Source: Octopus bimaculoides (lineage: Eukaryota). Taken from it: DNA of 62,215 nt. The translations under genes were made by a program, and so were the position numbers. Below are positions 25,389 through 39,385 of the stretch, in pieces. Numbering within the stretch: position 1 is the first letter of the stretch; each line of letters starts with the position of its first letter. The notes beneath the pieces are model-generated. The model worked only from the letters and a program-made list of their open reading frames with translations, was not told the origin of the DNA and did not search any database. The DNA lies in assembly GCF_001194135.2 (NCBI RefSeq), contig NC_068991.1, positions 45,540,059 to 45,602,273 on the forward strand. The letters run 5' to 3'.

Positions 25389-26426
25389 ATGCACACATAC
25401 ACGTGAATATATATATATATGCATACATACACATAGGGATTNNNNNNNNNNNNNNNNNNNNNNNNNNNNNNNNNNNNNNNNNNNNNNNNNNNNNNNNNNN
25501 NNNNNNNNNNNNNNNNNNNNNNNNNNNNNNNNNNNNNNNNNNNNNNNNNNNNNNNNNNNNNNNNNNNNNNNNNNNNNNNNNNNNNNNNNNNNNNNNNNNN
25601 NNNNNNNNNNNNNNNNNNNNNNNNNNNNNNNNNNNNNNNNNNNNNNNNNNNNNNNNNNNNNNNNNNNNNNNNNNNNNNNNNNNNNNNNNNNNNNNNNNNN
25701 NNNNNNNNNNNNNNNNNNNNNNNNNNNNNNNNNNNNNNNNNNNNNNNNNNNNNNNNNNNNNNNNNNNNNNNNNNNNNNNNNNNNNNNNNNNNNNNNNNNN
25801 NNNNNNNNNNNNNNNNNNNNNNNNNNNNNNNNNNNNNNNNNNNNNNNNNNNNNNNNNNNNNNNNNNNNNNNNNNNNNNNNNNNNNNNNNNNNNNNNNNNN
25901 NNNNNNNNNNNNNNNNNNNNNNNNNNNNNNNNNNNNNNNNNNNNNNNNNNNNNNNNNNNNNNNNNNNNNNNNNNNNNNNNNNNNNNNNNNNNNNNNNNNN
26001 NNNNNNNNNNNNNNNNNNNNNNNNNNNNNNNNNNNNNNNNNNNNNNNNNNNNNNNNNNNNNNNNNNNNNNNNNNNNNNNNNNNNNNNNNNNNNNNNNNNN
26101 NNNNNNNNNNNNNNNNNNNNNNNNNNNNNNNNNNNNNNNNNNNNNNNNNNNNNNNNNNNNNNNNNNNNNNNNNNNNNNNNNNNNNNNNNNNNNNNNNNNN
26201 NNNNNNNNNNNNNNNNNNNNNNNNNNNNNNNNNNNNNNNNNNNNNNNNNNNNNNNNNNNNNNNNNNNNNNNNNNNNNNNNNNNNNNNNNNNNNNNNNNNN
26301 NNNNNNNNNNNNNNNNNNNNNNNNNNNNNNNNNNNNNNNNNNNNNNNNNNNNNNNNNNNNNNNNNNNNNNNNNNNNNNNNNNNNNNNNNNNNNNNNNNNN
26401 NNNNNNNNNNNNNNNNNNNNNNNNNN

Positions 26427-26464
<38 letters not shown>

Positions 26465-26768
26465 GGAAAGAAAGAAAGAAAGAAAGAAGAGAAAGAGAGA
26501 GTATGTGTGAAAATTGAACTGGATTATCAATCCCATAACGTGATTTCAGGCAGCTCAAAGGGATCTGTGAGTGCGCTCTCTGAAATCTGCAATGAGAATG
26601 AGACAAATCGCAATAGCATACGTAATAAGATGGCTGCTTCTACCAGACCTCACGTGACCTGGTATCAGGTGCAAGGGGGTGGTTCGGGGGCTTCATTCTG
26701 AGGTGTTTTCAAGAAATTTAAATTGAACCAAAAATATAAAAAAATGAAATGACAATGTTGTGATATAG

Positions 26769-26812
<44 letters not shown>

Positions 26813-26912
26813 NNNNNNNNNNNNNNNNNNNNNNNNNNNNNNNNNNNNNNNNNNNNNNNNNNNNNNNNNNNNNNNNNNNNNNNNNNNNNNNNNNNNNNNN
26901 NNNNNNNNNNNN

Positions 26913-26953
<41 letters not shown>

Positions 26954-27351
26954 TTCTATCTGACGATCTATCTTTCTCTCTGTCTAACTGTGTGTCGTTC
27001 AATGTATGTATGCATGCATGTATGTATGCATGTATGTATGTATGTATGTGTGCATGTATCTATCTATCTGTCTATCTGACTGTCTGTCCGGTTAGCTGCC
27101 TGGCAGCGATTCTCTCATCCTTTCTCCACCGCTCTCTCTGCCTCCACCTATATACGCGTGTGCATACAGGCACACACATACAAACATTTATGTGTGTAGG
27201 TGTCTGTTTGTCTATCTGCCTTCCTATCTATTAATCGATGTGGCAGCACATCTATAATCATTCATGGATATATGCATCTAAGCACGTACGTAAGTGTGAA
27301 AGTATAATTGCATGTGGATATGTATCTATTTACTTAACAAAGTATGTAGTA

Positions 27352-27397
<46 letters not shown>

Positions 27398-27641
27398 ATA
27401 CATACATACATACATACATACATACATACATACATACATACATACATACATACATACATACCTATATGTCTACCTAACAGATAATATGCTCTTTGTCTAC
27501 CTTGCTTTTTACTTTCTGACTAGCTTATAAATAATGTTTCATACTTAGGAGTAGGGAATGCCTCTACACGTAGAGATAAACAATAAAATGTATGCGCGCG
27601 CGCGCACACACACACACACACGCACGCACACACACACACAC

Positions 27642-27682
<41 letters not shown>

Positions 27683-28469
27683 CCTACATATACGCTTTCT
27701 TTCTCTAAGTGTGTAAACCATGTATATGTGCGAAATTATTCTTAGCTTATATACTCATACACACAGATGCATACATACATACATATATATGCCCTAACTC
27801 TTCGAAACGCCAGTGTTATAATGGTGGCAGCTGATGAAGGAAATGTTCTCTATGTGGACTGTTTGTTTTCTGTACCTTGTTTACCATTTGGTCCATGTTT
27901 TTTTGCAACGTCATGTACCCAGATATGCATCTATATATATATGTAGATGAAGGTATGTACATACATGTATATATATATATGCATATACTCATATATTATT
28001 TGTATTATACATACATATACATACATATACACATATACACACATATATTCATACATATATATACATACACATAAATGTATGTATATATGTATGTATGTAT
28101 CTATATAATATTTTTATAGAGGCAACACCTGAGGAGTCTAAAAGAACATTACTAAAAACACATTCGAAACTTATATAAAATATATTCTTTATAAAATGGA
28201 AATAACAATTCCAAAATACATAAATATACATAAATAGACAAATGTCGATGTAATACATAAAACACGATTGAATTTAAGGAAAACGTTTTTTGTAAGTACA
28301 TTTAAAATTATAACACTTTAGTTTGATGAAATTAAAAATTTTTCTTGAGAAAATTAAGTAGTAAAGAGCCATATTAAAAATTGCGAAAGAAAAAATATAA
28401 AGATCGTATGCATATGTTTGTATGTGTGTTTATATATACATATATGGGTGTGTATATATGTGCGTATGT

Positions 28470-28635
28470 GCCAGTAGTAGGTAAAATCCACCCAGCACAC
28501 ACTGTAAAATGGTTGACGTTAGGAAGGGCATCCAGGCATAGAAACCATACTATATCAACTAATTGGAGCTTGCCAGCTCCTGTCAAACCATCCAACCCAT
28601 GCCAGAATGGAAAACATGTTAAACGATGATGAGGA
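28470..28635 (+). mobile_element. SINE 3' portion (Nin-domain-like core, RTE-like tail)
   Basis: ttgacgttaggaagggcatccaggcatagaaacc..ccaacccatgccagaatggaaaac..ttaaacgatgatga. Confidence 0.7.
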
Positions 28636-29012
28636 GGAGGATATATATATAATAAATGCCAAAACGAATTTCTGTGTGTCAGTGTGTCACACTTTGACCC
28701 TTTCTCTCACTATTCAATGACACTTCTACTCCTCTTGCTTGCTGGAGTGATAGTAATAGTATGACCTGTAGTTGTGATAGAGGCGGAGGCGACGGTGATG
28801 ATGGTGGTGGTGGTAGCTGAGGCGGTCAAACATGACAGTAATAATAAGGGATGTGAAAGACAGTGATGGTGATGGTGGTGGTGGAGGGGAAGGCGGTGAA
28901 GTAAAAGGTGTTGATGTGGTGACGTAAGAAGTCTGCATGGTGTGTGCATGGCAGTTGCAGTGGTGATGGTGGTGGTACTGGTGATGGTGATGGCTGTAAA
29001 CAATCAACAGAT

Positions 29013-29049
<37 letters not shown>

Positions 29050-29056
29050 AAGAGAG

Positions 29057-29091
<35 letters not shown>

Positions 29092-30234
29092 GATAGAGAG
29101 AGAGNNNNNNNNNNNNNNNNNNNNNNNNNNNNNNNNNNNNNNNNNNNNNNNNNNNNNNNNNNNNNNNNNNNNNNNNNNNNNNNNNNNNNNNNNNNNNNNN
29201 NNNNNNNNNNNNNNNNNNNNNNNNNNNNNNNNNNNNNNNNNNNNNNNNNNNNNNNNNNNNNNNNNNNNNNNNNNNNNNNNNNNNNNNNNNNNNNNNNNNN
29301 NNNNNNNNNNNNNNNNNNNNNNNNNNNNNNNNNNNNNNNNNNNNNNNNNNNNNNNNNNNNNNNNNNNNNNNNNNNNNNNNNNNNNNNNNNNNNNNNNNNN
29401 NNNNNNNNNNNNNNNNNNNNNNNNNNNNNNNNNNNNNNNNNNNNNNNNNNNNNNNNNNNNNNNNNNNNNNNNNNNNNNNTATATATATATATATATATAT
29501 ATGTATAGTGAAGAATGGAAAGTTCTGTATACACGTGGGATAGGCATATAAGACAGAAAAGAGATGTAAAAGTCACAGAAAATTTGCACAATAAAGCTTA
29601 TGGTGATAGTAGGAGCATATTACATCATTACATCATTACATCATTACAAATTAAATAAGTACCGGTTTCACGATCAAACGATTGTCAACTTATATTGAGA
29701 AAACTGTTTTGCTGTCAATAGGATGCCATCTTTGAAAAAAAGTGAACAGAGATGAAGCAATATGTCAAGGAGAGCAATTCTTATTTTTTCATGAAGCTCT
29801 TCAGTGTTTTTGGCAAGCATACAGTTACAGGTGTCATATCATTTTATACACAGTTAATTATATTACCGTACTAGGTTTTAAAGATTAAGCAGTAATGTGT
29901 GAATGAGTGTATATGCATGTATTTTATGCTCTAACACCTCATTTTTTCCCTTGTAACACGCACACACACATACATACATTTAAGTATAACAGTAATTTAT
30001 ACCTAAAAATTGTTGTTGGCATACATATATAACTTTTTTTGTATATGTTGAAATTCCATTATTGAATAAAATAAATCAGTCCAATATAAAATGGACGACA
30101 AAGCAATTCCCAAGATATGAATACTTTCTTTATAAGAGTCATGTCGGACCTCTCATGACTCAGGTTTGAATATGAATGGGTGCCCAGGAGTCAAGTAATT
30201 AAGTGACAATTAGTAATACAATTAAAATGAATTG

Positions 30235-30730
30235 GTGTTAAGTTCAGGTTTGTATTTTTGGATGAAATATATCTCTTTATTGAGTCGGGTTTGTGTAGAA
30301 GTCCAGTCAGCAATTTATATAGAGGGAAAATAGTGAATTTAGGTTTTATTTGTTTCGTACATACGTCGACATGTTCACTGAGATAAATTTGGCCGGTATT
30401 GTGGTGAGGTTATCTGTTGACGATGCACTGTACAACGTTGACGGATAGAATTCCCTGTGCTACCGATATGGTCTTTCTGACAGCCCGACCATATGATTAC
30501 GTAGATCAGATTTTCGGACACACAAGTGAAATTTGATTTAATTGTGAAGTGTTGCCCTTGTTTAAAATAGTATTCTGACCCTTCCAAAAGGTTGGGGCAT
30601 GTACCACAGTTGAGGTGATAACATTTTTTACTTTGGGGCTTGTGGAGGGGAATAATTTTGCATTAGCTAGCAGTTTCTTTAATGACTTAGATTGTTTGTT
30701 GCTTTTGGCAATTTTAATGTCACATGTTGT
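30235..30730 (-). mobile_element. Penelope-like (Neptune-type) GIY-YIG C-terminus
   Basis: RC: CYHLNCGTCPNLLEG..FTCVSENLIYVII.SGCQKDHIGSTGNSIRQRCTVHRQQI..KEIYFIQKYKPELN. Confidence 0.85.
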
Positions 30731-30741
30731 ATTATATTATT

Positions 30742-30876
30742 CTAAAGTTCAAATTCTGTCGGGACCGACTTTACCTTTCACCCTTTCGGGATAAAATAAG
30801 TACCAGTTGAGCATTGAAGTCGATGTAATCAATTTACCCTTCCACCGAAATTGCTGACTTGTGCCAAAATTTGATA
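30742..30876 (+). mobile_element. SINE family A 3' part
   Basis: agttcaaattctg..gactttacctttcaccctttcggg..ataagtaccagttgagc..gtcgatgtaatc..tgtgccaaaatttga. Confidence 0.8.
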
Positions 30877-31850
30877 NNNNNNNNNNNNNNNNNNNNNNNN
30901 NNNNNNNNNNNNNNNNNNNNNNNNNNNNNNNNNNNNNNNNNNNNNNNNNNNNNNNNNNNNNNNNNNNNNNNNNNNNNNNNNNNNNNNNNNNNNNNNNNNN
31001 NNNNNNNNNNNNNNNNNNNNNNNNNNNNNNNNNNNNNNNNNNNNNNNNNNNNNNNNNNNNNNNNNNNNNNNNNNNNNNNNNNNNNNNNNNNNNNNNNNNN
31101 NNNNNNNNNNNNNNNNNNNNNNNNNNNNNNNNNNNNNNNNNNNNNNNNNNNNNNNNNNNNNNNNNNNNNNNNNNNNNNNNNNNNNNNNNNNNNNNNNNNN
31201 NNNNNNNNNNNNNNNNNNNNNNNNNNNNNNNNNNNNNNNNNNNNNNNNNNNNNNNNNNNNNNNNNNNNNNNNNNNNNNNNNNNNNNNNNNNNNNNNNNNN
31301 NNNNNNNNNNNNNNNNNNNNNNNNNNNNNNNNNNNNNNNNNNNNNNNNNNNNNNNNNNNNNNNNNNNNNNNNNNNNNNNNNNNNNNNNNNNNNNNNNNNN
31401 NNNNNNNNNNNNNNNNNNNNNNNNNNNNNNNNNNNNNNNNNNNNNNNNNNNNNNNNNNNNNNNNNNNNNNNNNNNNNNNNNNNNNNNNNNNNNNNNNNNN
31501 NNNNNNNNNNNNNNNNNNNNNNNNNNNNNNNNNNNNNNNNNNNNNNNNNNNNNNNNNNNNNNNNNNNNNNNNNNNNNNNNNNNNNNNNNNNNNNNNNNNN
31601 NNNNNNNNNNNNNNNNNNNNNNNNNNNNNNNNNNNNNNNNNNNNNNNNNNNNNNNNNNNNNNNNNNNNNNNNNNNNNNNNNNNNNNNNNNNNNNNNNNNN
31701 NNNNNNNNNNNNNNNNNNNNNNNNNNNNNNNNNNNNNNNNNNNTATATATATATATATATATTATAACGAAGGTGTCTATATATATATATATATATATGT
31801 ATGTATAAACACACGTAAATGAAGAAATAAGAGAGCACAGAACTTAGATT

Positions 31851-31887
<37 letters not shown>

Positions 31888-32270
31888 GGGGGGAGAAAGG
31901 GAGAGAAGTGGAGTGAAAAGAAGAAAGTCAGTATGACAGTGGGAGAAAATGTGAACGAGCTATTATAGTGTTTGGGGACATTTACGGATAGATATATATG
32001 TATTTATGAATTCATGCAATTATGCACTTGCGCGCGCGCGAGCGTTTGTGCGTTTAGAAGCAAGTGCATTCGTGCATGAGTGACAGAGAGAACAACTGAG
32101 GGGGGTAGAGAGAGGGTATGAGAAAGAAAGAGAGTGAGTAAAATTACTTGGTTGCCCGGTGATACGAAACACCTATAGATAAACCTTTATGAGTAAACAT
32201 AAGGGAATAGCTAATCAATGAGACATTAAGATTATTCAGCCTAAGCTGCGGACAGGCATATATGTGTGAT

Positions 32271-32309
<39 letters not shown>

Positions 32310-32420
32310 TTACATACATACACACAAACACACACATACACACACACGCATACACACACACNNNNNNNNNNNNNNNNNNNNNNNNNNNNNNNNNNNNNNN
32401 NNNNNNNNNNNNNNNNNNNN

Positions 32421-32465
<45 letters not shown>

Positions 32466-32667
32466 CATACACAAAAATATATATCTATATACATACATAT
32501 ATGCATACACACAAGCACACATATGTACACGCACTTACAAACAGACACATACCCATATATGTATGTCGGTGTATATACATATACATACATGCATGCATAC
32601 ATATATATGAATATATATATATACATACATATATATATATATATATGCATATATATGAATAAATATG

Positions 32668-32698
<31 letters not shown>

Positions 32699-32704
32699 GA
32701 ATAA

Positions 32705-32748
<44 letters not shown>

Positions 32749-33469
32749 CATACAGACATATATCTACATATGTACATATACGTGTTTAGGTATGTATATG
32801 TATATATGTAAGCATACAGATATATACATCTATAATTAGAGGGAAACTATAGAAAGATAAACTAAGTCTCTTTCTCTGTATTACCCTTTCTCTCCTATAT
32901 ATATGTATATACATATATCTACGTACATACGTCCATACATACATGCATACATACCTCCCACACATACACACACCCATCCATCCAACCATGCATACATACC
33001 TACATACATGCATACACACACATATACATAGTACATACATACATGCAGGGATACATACATACATACATACATACATGCAGGGATACATACATACTTACAT
33101 ACATTCATTCCTACATACATACATACAAGACATATATGTTTACATATATAAATGCATACACGTACACAGGTAGTTCCTTTTATATGAAGATGCAGGTATT
33201 GTATGTTTTGTAACAGGTCGGTCGACCAGTTGACTGACAACAAAAGCAACCAACCCACAATCCAACAGTCCACACACTAATCCAGTTGTTTTACGTTTGG
33301 GCAATGGGATGGAAGGAGGAAAAGAAATCCATATATTTGTCATTGTGAAGGTAATGGAGATCCAGAAAATGGCTGGCGTTAATTGTCAGTAGTTCATACC
33401 TACCTACCTACCTACCTGCCTACATACATACATACATACATACATACATACATACATTCGTATGTATTT

Positions 33470-33680
33470 TATCTTTATCCTTTACTTGTTTCAGTCATTA
33501 GACTATGGTCATGCTGGGGCACCGCCTCGAAGAATTTTTATTCGAATGAATCGAGCCCAGTACTATTAAAAAAAAAAACTGGTACTTATTTGATCGGTTT
33601 CTCTTGCCGAACCTCTAAGTTACGAGGACGTAAACACATCAATGCCGGTTGTCAAGCGGTGGTGAGGGACAAAAGCGCTC
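33470..33680 (-). mobile_element. SINE family B 3' half
   Basis: ttttacttgtttcagtcatt..atgctggggcaccgcc..ctcttgccgaacctctaagttacg..ccggttgtcaagcg. Confidence 0.82.
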
Positions 33681-33939
33681 GTGCGCGCACACCCACACAC
33701 TATACGCCGATTCTCATCAATCAAGTCAGAGCTGGTCATTAAATTTTCAGGAGGCCATAAACATTGTTGACTGTTGTCGCTTAAGGCAGAATGTCTGAAG
33801 GCATAGACAAACTGGACAGTTGCCTATGGAGTTCGGTTAAGAACCACTGATCTTGATCAATAGTAACTGGGGAGACCTCATAAGCAGGGTAGCCAATTTC
33901 AGACAAAAATGAGCTGGGAGGAATCTGTCTCTCAAAGGC

Positions 33940-34065
33940 CGGGCGGAATATTTCGGAAGACTAAAATTAGTCTTGCGCTCAAAATTAACCGAATGAAACA
34001 AAAGCCAAAGAGTTAATACGTGTGTGACAGCATCACTTCGGTATGGAGCTGGAATCATAAAATGG
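33940..34065 (+). mobile_element. R4/Dong-like RT fragment
   Basis: RAEYFGRLKLVLRSKLTE*NKSQRVNTCVTASLRYGAGIIKW. Confidence 0.65.
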
Positions 34066-34074
34066 CAAATGCAT

Positions 34075-34959
34075 GGCGGAGTGCATACATCGATTAGAAA
34101 GCATTTTTTTCTTTGTGATTTCTGACAACTATATAGGCATATTAGCCTTAATTTCTCTATCTGTGTGTATTGGCATATCCCATAGTATGGTTGCTTTCTC
34201 ATTTTCTGTGACCTTTTCTGGTGTGTGCCTATACCATCTTTTTTCTGTTGTTATTCTATAGTATTGGCATAACTTCCAGTGTATATAGGTCCCAGCTCTG
34301 TCGTGTCTGTGAATATATTCCTTCTTAGCCAGGACTGGGCAGCCAGAGATAATATGATTTATTGTTTCTTGTTCATCTCCAAACATTCTACAGTTACTCG
34401 TATTTTTTTTTCATTACATAGTTTATGTAATTTCTGGTGAGAAGGCTTGGTCTTGTGCTGCAATTAAAAATCCTTCAGTCTCTGCTTTGAGTCCTGATCT
34501 CCTCAGCCATTGATGGGATTTTGTTTTGTCTATTTCTTTTCTGTTTATCTTAACCCAGTATTTGCCATGAAGGGGCTTTTCTTGCCATCGTTTTATCGTG
34601 ATCCGTTGCTGCTCCATTTTTAGTTTGGATTTCAGTTGTTTTACAGCTTTTGTTCTTTCTTCTTTCTTCTTTCCCTTCATAGTTGTTAGCTCTTTGTTAG
34701 CTAACAACTCGTTAGCTCTGAAAGACTGAAAACAGTTTTTTGCTTTGGTCGTGTTTTGTGGCTATTTGTATCAGTTTTCCTTGCTTCTGAAGTGGGTATT
34801 TCTATAGTCCTATGGTGTATAAGGCCTCTACCACCTTCGATACGTTGTATATATATAACCTTTCTATGTCATACTTTGGGTGGTGCATCCTAAATCCTGT
34901 CATTATTTTTCTTGTTTTCCTGTCTATTTTGATTAGTTCATTTAGAGTCCAGTTAAGGA

Positions 34960-34963
<4 letters not shown>
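34075..34963 (-). mobile_element. R4/Dong-like fragment starting at a (TAA)n tract
   Basis: RC: NILNWTLNELIKIDRKTRK..PLHGKYW..HQWLRRSGLKAETEGFLIAAQDQ..ETINHIISGC..ILWDMPIHTDREIKAN..DIVV..LIDVCTP. Confidence 0.9.
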
Positions 34964-35046
<83 letters not shown>

Positions 35047-35619
35047 NNNNNNNNNNNNNNNNNNNNNNNNNNNNNNNNNNNNNNNNNNNNNNNNNNNNNN
35101 NNNNNNNNNNNNNNNNNNNNNNNNNNNNNNNNNNNNNNNNNNNNNNNNNNNNNNNNNNNNNNNNNNNNNNNNNNNNNNNNNNNNNNNNNNNNNNNNNNNN
35201 NNNNNNNNNNNNNNNNNNNNNNNNNNNNNNNNNNNNNNNNNNNNNNNNNNNNNNNNNNNNNNNNNNNNNNNNNNNNNNNNNNNNNNNNNNNNNNNNNNNN
35301 NNNNNNNNNNNNNNNNNNNNNNNNNNNNNNNNNNNNNNNNNNNNNNNNNNNNNNNNNNNNNNNNNNNNNNNNNNNNNNNNNNNNNNNNNNNNNNNNNNNN
35401 NNNNNNNNNNNNNNNNNNNNNNNNNNNNNNNNNNNNNNNNNNNNNNNNNNNNNNNNNNNNNNNNNNNNNNNNNNNNNNNNNNNNNNNNNNNNNNNNNNNN
35501 NNNNNNNNNNNNNNNNNNNNNNNNNNNNNNNNNNNNNNNNNNNNNNNNNNNNNNNNNNNNNNNNNNNNNNNNNNNNNNNNNAGGATACAAAATAGGAAAG
35601 GTAGGGTTGTCATCATCAT

Positions 35620-35631
35620 CATTATTATTAC

Positions 35632-35674
<43 letters not shown>

Positions 35675-36210
35675 GAGTGAGAGAGCAGTGCATGCCATCA
35701 AAGTGACACTGGGGTAAAATATACGAAGCCTATTTTCACCATCATGACTACCCGACTGATAAGGGTACCTCATGCACATAGAACACAACCATATGTGCGA
35801 GACATGGTGACTTCATATCAAAATAAATATCGCATGACCTTGCAGATGAAACCCAGTTTGAAATTTCTTTAGGTCGAAGTGCCCATTCTGCTCTAAAAGT
35901 CCATGCACAAGAGTTCTTCAAGGATGATGAACGAAACACCCATATTTCCAATGGTGAATTATTCAAACCCCAAAGAATTCCTCTCAATACATGTTTACAA
36001 TTCCCCATCTCTACTCCACACACTACTTTTGCTCGTGATAAGAGATGCTCAACTGGTTATGGTCAAGCAACTGACAAGCAAATCTCTGGTATTGAGCAGA
36101 ATATTTGCTCTAACACATCTTTTACATCAAGACAAAACATGTCCATGATAATACTTCCAATCAGTTAAGATCAGAAGTCATGCGATCTACTGCTTGATAT
36201 TGCATCAGAG
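35620..36210 (-). repeat. Unclassified non-coding retroposon-like segment ending in (TAA)n
   Basis: Complex sequence abutting a TAA tail on the minus strand; resembles an abundant octopus repeat from memory; no second copy in this window. Confidence 0.4.
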
Positions 36211-36261
36211 CACTTTATCATCATCCTTATCATCATCACCATCATTATTATTCTAATCACC

Positions 36262-36425
36262 GGGTTAAATGCTTAACAGCATTTCTTCCGAATTCTGCTG
36301 AGAGCGACTTTATCTTTTATTCTTTCGGGTTGATAAAATATGTACCATTTGAACATTGGAGTAGATGTAAATGGCTTCCCACTCCCCACCCCTAATTTTC
36401 AGCCCTTGTGCCTCTTGTAGAAAGG

Positions 36426-36493
<68 letters not shown>

Positions 36494-36601
36494 GCGGCGA
36501 TCTGGCAGAATTGTTAGGTCATCGTACAAAATACTTAGCGCATTACGTTCTGAGTTCAAATTTTGCCGAGGTCATTTTTGCCTTTCATGCTTTTGGATTA
36601 C
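36262..36601 (+). mobile_element. Two SINE family A copies separated by a (TTA)n tail
   Basis: First ends ttcagcccttgtgcctcttgtagaaaggattattatt; second starts ggcgatctggcagaattgttag..gagttcaaattttgccgagg. Confidence 0.82.
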
Positions 36602-39315
36602 NNNNNNNNNNNNNNNNNNNNNNNNNNNNNNNNNNNNNNNNNNNNNNNNNNNNNNNNNNNNNNNNNNNNNNNNNNNNNNNNNNNNNNNNNNNNNNNNNNN
36701 NNNNNNNNNNNNNNNNNNNNNNNNNNNNNNNNNNNNNNNNNNNNNNNNNNNNNNNNNNNNNNNNNNNNNNNNNNNNNNNNNNNNNNNNNNNNNNNNNNNN
36801 NNNNNNNNNNNNNNNNNNNNNNNNNNNNNNNNNNNNNNNNNNNNNNNNNNNNNNNNNNNNNNNNNNNNNNNNNNNNNNNNNNNNNNNNNNNNNNNNNNNN
36901 NNNNNNNNNNNNNNNNNNNNNNNNNNNNNNNNNNNNNNNNNNNNNNNNNNNNNNNNNNNNNNNNNNNNNNNNNNNNNNNNNNNNNNNNNNNNNNNNNNNN
37001 NNNNNNNNNNNNNNNNNNNNNNNNNNNNNNNNNNNNNNNNNNNNNNNNNNNNNNNNNNNNNNNNNNNNNNNNNNNNNNNNNNNNNNNNNNNNNNNNNNNN
37101 NNNNNNNNNNNNNNNNNNNNNNNNNNNNNNNNNNNNNNNNNNNNNNNNNNNNNNNNNNNNNNNNNNNNNNNNNNNNNNNNNNNNNNNNNNNNNNNNNNNN
37201 NNNNNNNNNNNNNNNNNNNNNNNNNNNNNNNNNNNNNNNNNNNNNNNNNNNNNNNNNNNNNNNNNNNNNNNNNNNNNNNNNNNNNNNNNTAGTATTAGTA
37301 GTAGTAGTAGTAGTAGCAGCAGTAGAAAATACATGAAGTAATGCTGGAGGACGCCTGCAGAATGAATGGGGAGGGGGGGGCGGAGAGGTAGTAGAATGAA
37401 TAATGGGGGGGGGATATAGGATATAGAGAAGACTGAGAATGAGAAGCAGGGCGAACGGAAGAACGGACGGGTGCGAGTGGAATGGGTCCAGGTTGAGGTG
37501 ATGATTGGTGGAGTTTGTGAACATGAACATTGGTGCATCTGCGTATGACTATCTGTGTGTGTATGTATATATGTGTGATCGTATGTATGGGAGTGTATGT
37601 GAGATATTTGTGTGTGTGTGTGTGTGTGTCAGTGCGATAATATCTATGTATGTACGTGTATAGCTGTGTGTAAGATTGTCTGTGGTGTGTTCGTGTGCAT
37701 ATGTTTATGCATCTATGCGTGCATGTGTATATGTGTGTACATGTAAGAGAAAGTGATTGTGTGTATATATATTAGTGAGCATATGTGAGAGTGTGCGGCA
37801 CTGTATGGGTCTGATTAAGGGAGAAGGGACGATTGCATGCAATTATATGTGTATATGTGCATGTTTCTATGTGCATGCATGTATGTGTTTGGATATGTGT
37901 ATGTATGTGTGGAAAACAGAGATAGAAAGTGAGAAGAGAAAAGGAAACTTCTTTGTTTCGTTTTAATGATACACACACGCACATACATACACACATATAT
38001 ATATATACACATACATGCACATATATATATGTGTGTGTGTGTACGTATATATATATGCATCTATACATACACACACACATATGCATATATATATATATAT
38101 ATATATATANNNNNNNNNNNNNNNNNNNNNNNNNNNNNNNNNNNNNNNNNNNNNNNNNNNNNNNNNNNNNNNNNNNNNNNNNNNNNNNNNNNNNNNNNNN
38201 NNNNNNNNNNNNNNNNNNNNNNNNNNNNNNNNNNNNNNNNNNNNNNNNNNNNNNNNNNNNNNNNNNNNNNNNNNNNNNNNNNNNNNNNNNNNNNNNNNNN
38301 NNNNNNNNNNNNNNNNNNNNNNNNNNNNNNNNNNNNNNNNNNNNNNNNNNNNNNNNNNNNNNNNNNNNNNNNNNNNNNNNNNNNNNNNNNNNNNNNNNNN
38401 NNNNNNNNNNNNNNNNNNNNNNNNNNNNNNNNNNNNNNNNNNNNNNNNNNNNNNNNNNNNNNNNNNNNNNNNNNNNNNNNNNNNNNNNNNNNNNNNNNNN
38501 NNNNNNNNNNNNNNNNNNNNNNNNNNNNNNNNNNNNNNNNNNNNNNNNNNNNNNNNNNNNNNNNNNNNNNNNNNNNNNNNNNNNNNNNNNNNNNNNNNNN
38601 NNNNNNNNNNNNNNNNNNNNNNNNNNNNNNNNNNNNNNNNNNNNNNNNNNNNNNNNNNNNNNNNNNNNNNNNNNNNNNNNNNNNNNNNNNNNNNNNNNNN
38701 NNNNNNNNNNNNNNNNNNNNNNNNNNNNNNNNNNNNNTCCTACTTGCCGCCAAAAGTTTCCCATTGTAAAAGACATGTCTTTAATGATTGATAGGACAGA
38801 AATTTTTAACTTGTATCAGCATCAGCTGCAATTGCAACTACAACTTCTGTCGTTGTTGTTGATGTTGATGTTGTTGTCGTTGTTGTTGTTATTGCTGTTG
38901 TTGTGGGTTGTCATTGGGATGCGGTGAGTTGAAGAGAAAGAGAAAGAGAAAGAGAAAGAAGAGAGTAGGAGAGGGCGGAAAGGAGGGAGGAAGTGGTGGG
39001 CAGGATGAAAACTAGATGGGGCAGTACTGAGTGGGGTGGTGGTGGTGAAGGCAGATTGCCGTATGTAAAGAGACTGTGAAGTAAGACAAATAAATAAATA
39101 GAATAAATGAATAAATAAAAATAAATAAATAAAAATGAATAAATAAAAAAATATATATAATATTACGACTAATAATAATAATAGTTATAAAAACAAAAAC
39201 AAATAAACGGACAGAAATTAAAAAGAAAACGAAAGAAATATTACAAGAGTTGACACACCAAAACACTTGAAAACACACATGTAAAACTCAGACAATGTAT
39301 GTGTATAAGAGTATG

Positions 39316-39385
<70 letters not shown>

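Noticed and set aside
27795-27845. GAAAC..CTGATGA as a permuted hammerhead
   Set aside because: No convincing stem I or II and no valid NUH cleavage context
28120-28175. CTGAGGAG..CGAAAC hammerhead-like spacing
   Set aside because: Stem II does not pair and there is no stem III/stem I partner
30120-30175. 8-bp hairpin gagtcatg/catgactc 3' of a PLE
   Set aside because: May be a dead HHR stem II, but the CUGANGA core is incomplete and GAAA is displaced
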